Shown here: positions 59,901 to 64,000 of the stretch, piece by piece
Layout of the letters: each line of letters begins with the position of its first letter
Position numbering within the stretch: the stretch's first letter is position 1
Origin: Macrostomum hystrix
Lineage: Eukaryota > Animalia > Platyhelminthes
Direction of reading: 5' to 3'
Assembly (NCBI GenBank): GCA_950097015.1
Contig: CATNEN010000025.1
Coordinates: 6,138,001-6,202,000, forward strand
DNA: 64,000 nt
Position numbers and translations under genes: made by a program
Notes under the pieces: model-generated
The model's input: only the letters and a program-made list of their open reading frames with translations
What the model was told of the DNA's origin: nothing
Databases searched by the model: none

Positions 59901-62625
59901 AGACAGAGAGACATGGGGTGAGACAGAGAGACTATCTCGTTTTGCGAGACAAAGCCTAAGCATTATAAATTTATGTAAACACGAGTGACTTAGATCTGAA
60001 TTTTGGCCCAGTTCAAACAAAAGTGATGGGACTTGGATGTGCTTTAAAAAGAGACACATAAAAGAGCTTTTCTGTCCGAGCCTGCAGGACACAACTGTCT
60101 CGCTTGTCCCCTCGGGCGGTGGAAGCGTCGGGTAGACTATCATTCTATTTTGTGTGGCACCCTTTGTGTGACAATTCTGGAATGAGACATCACTGCAGCT
60201 TTTTCTCACTTATTTCTTTTTCTTTTGTTGCAATTTCTGTGCTCCACACTCCGCATGCAGTTTACCATTTTATTATTAAAATCGAGGTGCATCGTTATTG
60301 ATTTCCCCTCCTAATTATCTATTAGATTGTTCCGTATAGTCTATGCAGACATGATTCTTCAGGTGGACTCACTGAAATATGCCTTTGTTACTGGCCTAGG
60401 TTGCTTTGCTTTGTTGAATAATTCAACTTCATCCATTGCTTTGATCGGAGTTTCACTTTTAATATTCCGAGAACTATATAGTCTTTGTTTCTATTCCCCA
60501 AGACCAGCAGAAGGCCCAATGTCCGTCAACGACGCTCCGAATAATCGAGGCCGCTGGAGGGTATTGAAAACTAGAAATAAATAAGGGCCCCAGATCCCGA
60601 CCAACGGACCTCCCAGACAGGTGAAAGGTGCTTGCGGCAAAGAGAAAGGAGGGACAAAGAGAGCGAAAGTCCCAAAATTATCCCGGGAGTTTAGCAGTCG
60701 CGACAAAGAGAGTGAGGGAATCAGGGCGCGTGGCGCCAGAGGGGATTTAGGAATAATGCGGCGGGGAACTGGAAATAAAGAAAAGCAAATCGGTGGGAGG
60801 GGATAATGAGAACAGGAAGGTAAAAGCAAGTGTCAGCCAGAAGAAGAAACAGCTTTGAGTAGAAAGTTGAGCACAGTTGAGCTGTGAGCATCATACAGTG
60901 TAAACTACGGGCTGATTTAGTATATTGTGATGAAATTCTTACTGATAATGTTGAGCCTGAATCGTCATGTTTTTTATGACAATGGGAATCGGCCTGACGC
61001 ATAGCTGATAATAACCTTTGCATGACAAACTGCACAATGAATTATAGCTTTTTTAGAAGAAAAAAGTCGCTAGTCTACCATCGTGTGACGGGATCGGGGA
61101 AATCCTTCAGCTCTAACGAGGAGGGACTAAGTAGTTCGAGTCCTCAGAATAATCCCAATGTCCCCCCGGGGCGTGGGCGTGTCACGCGCGGCTGTAAAAA
61201 CCAGATATCCCATTTTATCCCATTTTTCTATTCACCTCTTGCTTGATTATTGTCTTAACTTTTTCTTCTTCGCTCCTAATTCCGTCGAATATAAAAAGGA
61301 GATAAAGTTGGGGATGGGGATCAGGGGAATTCCGATAGCTGGCTAAGAATATCCCGCTGAGCTGCTTGTTAAACTGTCAGCAAGACAAAGGGAGGTTTTC
61401 ACGCAAGTATTGGGATTAGACTGAGCAGGGTTTTGGATTTAGGATTTCGTGTACGTCAAAAGAGACGAAACAAGAAGCAATAAAGTTTTTGGATCCTCTT
61501 CTCTATTATCCACGATTCATGGCCAGGTTTAACAAGAAAAAAGCCTATTATTATTTATCTGATAAGTAAAATAGTTCTAAGTAATAACAAATAAGAAAGT
61601 TGAAAATCTCTTGCGGGCAATTATCTAACAGGTAATTATCACACAGGTAATTATATCACAGGTAGATTTGACACAACAAAAGTAGTTATCTCACGGGTAA
61701 TATTCTCAAAGGTAAAAATCTCAGGTCTCACAGGTTTATTACGTCACATCTAGTCATCTCTTATCTCGTAATTGCTCCATAGTTAGGCAATTATCATGCA
61801 TGTAATTATCTACAGGTGTTAACTCAAAGTTAATTGTCCTAAAGCAGTGATTATCTCATAGATAAAGTCTCACAGGCAAGTAGCCGGTGACTGTCCCCCC
61901 AATCTAAACAGACTTCCCCCAAGTGCAATGCTGTTTCTTCATTTGACTCCTGTGGTTTAAACAAACTGCGCAAAAAATGACAATGTTTGGCGGAAATGGC
62001 TAGAAAAAATGGAATAATGAGATCACAGCCGCGATCGCAAATCCAGTAAAATAAATGGGCGCGCGTGCATGCGTTCCTTCTCAGACTAAGGTGCTGCTCT
62101 CTCGAAATATTGTATTTCTCTCTCCCGTCCTCTTCTCCATATTTCTGACTGTCTATATTAGCCTTCTTTGATGTTTGCCGACATTCGGCTTCGCTCACAC
62201 TTACCCCTCTCTGTCCTCTCTCTCTCTCTCTCCCTCTCTCCCTCTCTTTCTGGTTAATTTCTCTGTTCATGAAAAGGCAAATTGATTCCTAGGTTGTGTT
62301 TTTCCAACGTCAAGTAAAATTGTTTCAATTTATATAGTCAAAAATTTCAAGCATGGAATATTTTCAACAGATTTCAGTGACTATTTTTCTAGTATGGAGC
62401 GAGAGACTGCGATGCACTCACTGAAAAAACACGCATGCTTTCAAATACAAGTCAGCCTTCTCGAGGTGAGGGCCCAAGAGGTTTAGAAGATCAAACAGTG
62501 CCGCCGCCGTTTCGTGTCGTGTGCAGCCCAGACTCAGCACTTCGAACCATCCACCCCACCCCAGGATTGCTACGGATTACCCAAGCCTGTGTCTGAGGTC
62601 TCCGAGAAAGTCTCCTTATATCCAT
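38936..62625 (-). CDS. PDZRN3: PDZ-domain RING finger 3/4-like (LNX3/4) protein; two PDZ domains and conserved C-terminal region, ~710 aa as modelled; RING exon not found in window
   Basis: Exons (minus) 62625-62581 (tentative), 58641-58408, 52148-52038, 42204-41611, 40982-40839, 39940-38936, all junctions phase 0. PDZ1: [20 protein letters not shown] / [23 protein letters not shown] / [32 protein letters not shown]2: DFDYE|EVQLTRS...KLGLTLCY...VYIGE|[24 protein letters not shown]. Family signature [29 protein letters not shown]...TDDD and C-terminal SVTFV*. Cannot distinguish PDZRN3 from PDZRN4. Confidence 0.85.
40320..40760. repeat. G-rich minisatellite (GAGAGGTAGAGTGGGG / GAGTTAGGGTGAGGTAGAATG)
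   Basis: Intronic; G-quadruplex-prone runs on the plus strand. Confidence 0.9.
41155..41480. repeat. Minisatellite, 19-bp unit AGACAAAGACCATTTTGTC
   Basis: About 15 copies. Confidence 0.96.
42283..42805. repeat. Minisatellite, 22-25-bp unit GACTATAGATC(CT/AC/ACACA)GTGTGGAT(G/A)
   Basis: About 22 copies; reverse complement of the family at 20731-21550. Confidence 0.96.
43660..44020. repeat. 141-bp higher-order repeat built from GAGCGGTA-like monomers
   Basis: GAGCGGTATGGAGCGGTAGAAAG recurs at 43681, 43822 and 43963. Confidence 0.9.
45660..46690. repeat. Minisatellite, 38/42/46-bp variants around GACGACCAACTGAGAATCTACCAAGAC
   Basis: About 24 copies with a small set of recurring linkers. Confidence 0.95.
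47866..48700. repeat. Minisatellite, 12-bp unit GTGAAGGGTGG(A/C) / GTGAAGGGTTGA
   Basis: About 65 copies. Confidence 0.95.
49750..50290. repeat. Minisatellite, 21-bp unit GGGGTCATGAGGAAGGGGAAA
   Basis: About 20 copies plus a degenerate tail; G4-prone. Confidence 0.96.
53228..58318. repeat. Large satellite array, 23-bp unit AATC(C/A)TGCTGTATCTAAT(G/A)ACCC (~220 copies)
   Basis: 5.1 kb inside a PDZRN intron; contains a 1932-bp internal duplication. Confidence 0.98.
59470..59930. repeat. GA-rich minisatellite (21-bp GAGACAAGGTGAGACTGATGA then 20-bp GAGACAGAGAGACAAGGGAT)
   Basis: About 22 copies. Confidence 0.93.
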
Positions 62626-62656
62626 TGCTGCAGCTTCTAGATAAGACAACTTTTGA

Positions 62657-62895
62657 AGATTCTGAAGGTCTTGACTGAAGATTCTGAAGGTCTTGACTGA
62701 AGATTCTGAAGGTCTTGACTGAAGATTCTGAAGGTCTTGACTGAAGATTCTGAAGGTCTTGACTGAAGATTCTGAAGGTCTTGACTGAAGATTCTGAAGG
62801 TCTTGACTGAAGATTCTGAAGGTCTTGACTGAAGATTCTGAAGGTCTTGACTGAAGATTCTGAAGGTCTTGACTGAAGATTCTGAAGGTCTTGAC
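62657..62895. repeat. Minisatellite, 22-bp unit TGACTGAAGATTCTGAAGGTCT
   Basis: About 11 perfect copies. Confidence 0.97.
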
Positions 62896-62925
62896 TTGAC
62901 TTGACTTGACTGGTCTTGTCTTTCA

Positions 62926-63385
62926 GACATGAGGAAGGTTTCGACATGAGGAAGGTTTCGACATGAGGAAGGTTTCGACATGAGGAAGGTTTCGACATGA
63001 GGAAGGTTTCGACATGAGGAAGGTTTCGACATGAGGAAGGTTTCGACATGAGGAAGGTTTCGACATGAGGAAGGTTTCGACATGAGGAAGGTTTCGACAT
63101 GAGGAAGGTTTCGACATGAGGAAGGTTTCGACATGAGGAAGGTTTCGACATGAGGAAGGTTTCGACATGAGGAAGGTTTCGACATGAGGAAGGTTTCGAC
63201 ATGAGGAAGGTTTCGACATGAGGAAGGTTTCGACATGAGGAAGGTTTCGACATGAGGAAGGTTTCGACATGAGGAAGGTTTCGACATGAGGAAGGTTTCG
63301 ACATGAGGAAGGTTTCGACATGAGGAAGGTTTCGACATGAGGAAGGTTTCGACATTAGGAAAGTTTCGACATAATGGTTTCGACT
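62926..63385. repeat. Minisatellite, 17-bp unit GACATGAGGAAGGTTTC
   Basis: About 25 perfect copies plus a degenerate end. Confidence 0.98.
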
Positions 63386-63884
63386 TTCTCAGCTGCAAAA
63401 AGAATGCAGAAAGAAATGAGTTAAAGCAGCACGGGTTTAAATGCTAATCGAAAAAAGTACGTGAGAAAGTTCAGCACAATGCTATAGGAAACAGGAAAGT
63501 CATGCAGGCGGCAGAGGAAAGCAATGGGAGGGAGCAGCTCTGGCGTTGCGGGCAGATTAAAAGGCAGCAAAACACTGCTTTCTCTTTTCTTCATAAGCGT
63601 CGCGGGTGGGTCTGGAACGTGTAATCCAAGCAGGCTGCTGTAGCTGACGAGAGTGTGTCAGATCTGCCAGAAAATGAACCCTGTCCCCTTCAATTCACTA
63701 TTTCTCTGCGGCCAATGCGAAGGAAAATAAGAAAACAGTTTACTGCAGGACACATGGCATGGAAAACAAGTTGCATGCTAACAATCATTGAATCGGAAGG
63801 AATCAAGCTCTGCCAGAATTGTATCGATTTTTGTAAGCTCGTTTGAACATATTTCTTAATTACAGCTCGCATTTTAAATCCGAC

Positions 63885-64000
63885 CCAAACTGACGATAAA
63901 CCCAAACTCACGATAAACCCAAACTCTCGATAAGCCCTAACTCACAATAAACCCTAACTCACAATAAACCCTAACTCTCGATAAGCCCTAACTCTAATCA
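63885..64000. repeat. Minisatellite, ~17-bp unit AAACCCTAACTC(A/T)C(G/A)AT (telomere-motif containing), near window end
   Basis: About 6 copies, with CCCTAA or CCCAAA in each. Confidence 0.8.

Noticed and set aside
1423-63398. Dozens of repeat-derived ORFs (e.g. 13443-14063, 29076-29906, 32032-33972, 41173-41576, 47845-48736, 49732-50253, 62570-63398)
   Set aside because: All lie within minisatellites, mostly inside introns defined by protein homology.

Overview
Eukaryotic, intron-containing genomic DNA from an animal. GC-rich codons, poly-Ala/poly-Gln tracts and minisatellite-filled introns suggest a flatworm such as Macrostomum, but this is inference only. I reconstructed spliced models by hand with checked splice sites and phases. 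Plus strand, 1-19.3 kb: the tail of an upstream gene, then TFIIE-alpha (GTF2E1), LYRM4/ISD11, DDX24 and nocturnin. These are closely spaced, and each has a 3' splice acceptor 10-37 nt before its ATG, making a candidate SL-trans-spliced operon. At 24.3-31.1 kb are two small two-exon genes that look like very divergent Cip/Kip CDK inhibitors. Both have a p27-like LPxFY motif, and one has a p21-like PIP degron split by the same phase-1 intron; this is the most notable finding. Minus strand: CFAP119/CCDC189 and a ~24 kb PDZRN3/4-like gene. There are about 40 distinct minisatellite arrays, two degenerate tRNA-derived CORE-type SINEs and three GC-AG introns among 17 modelled introns. Most long ORFs in the supplied track are repeat artefacts. 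No CRISPR array, rRNA or intact tRNA gene was found.
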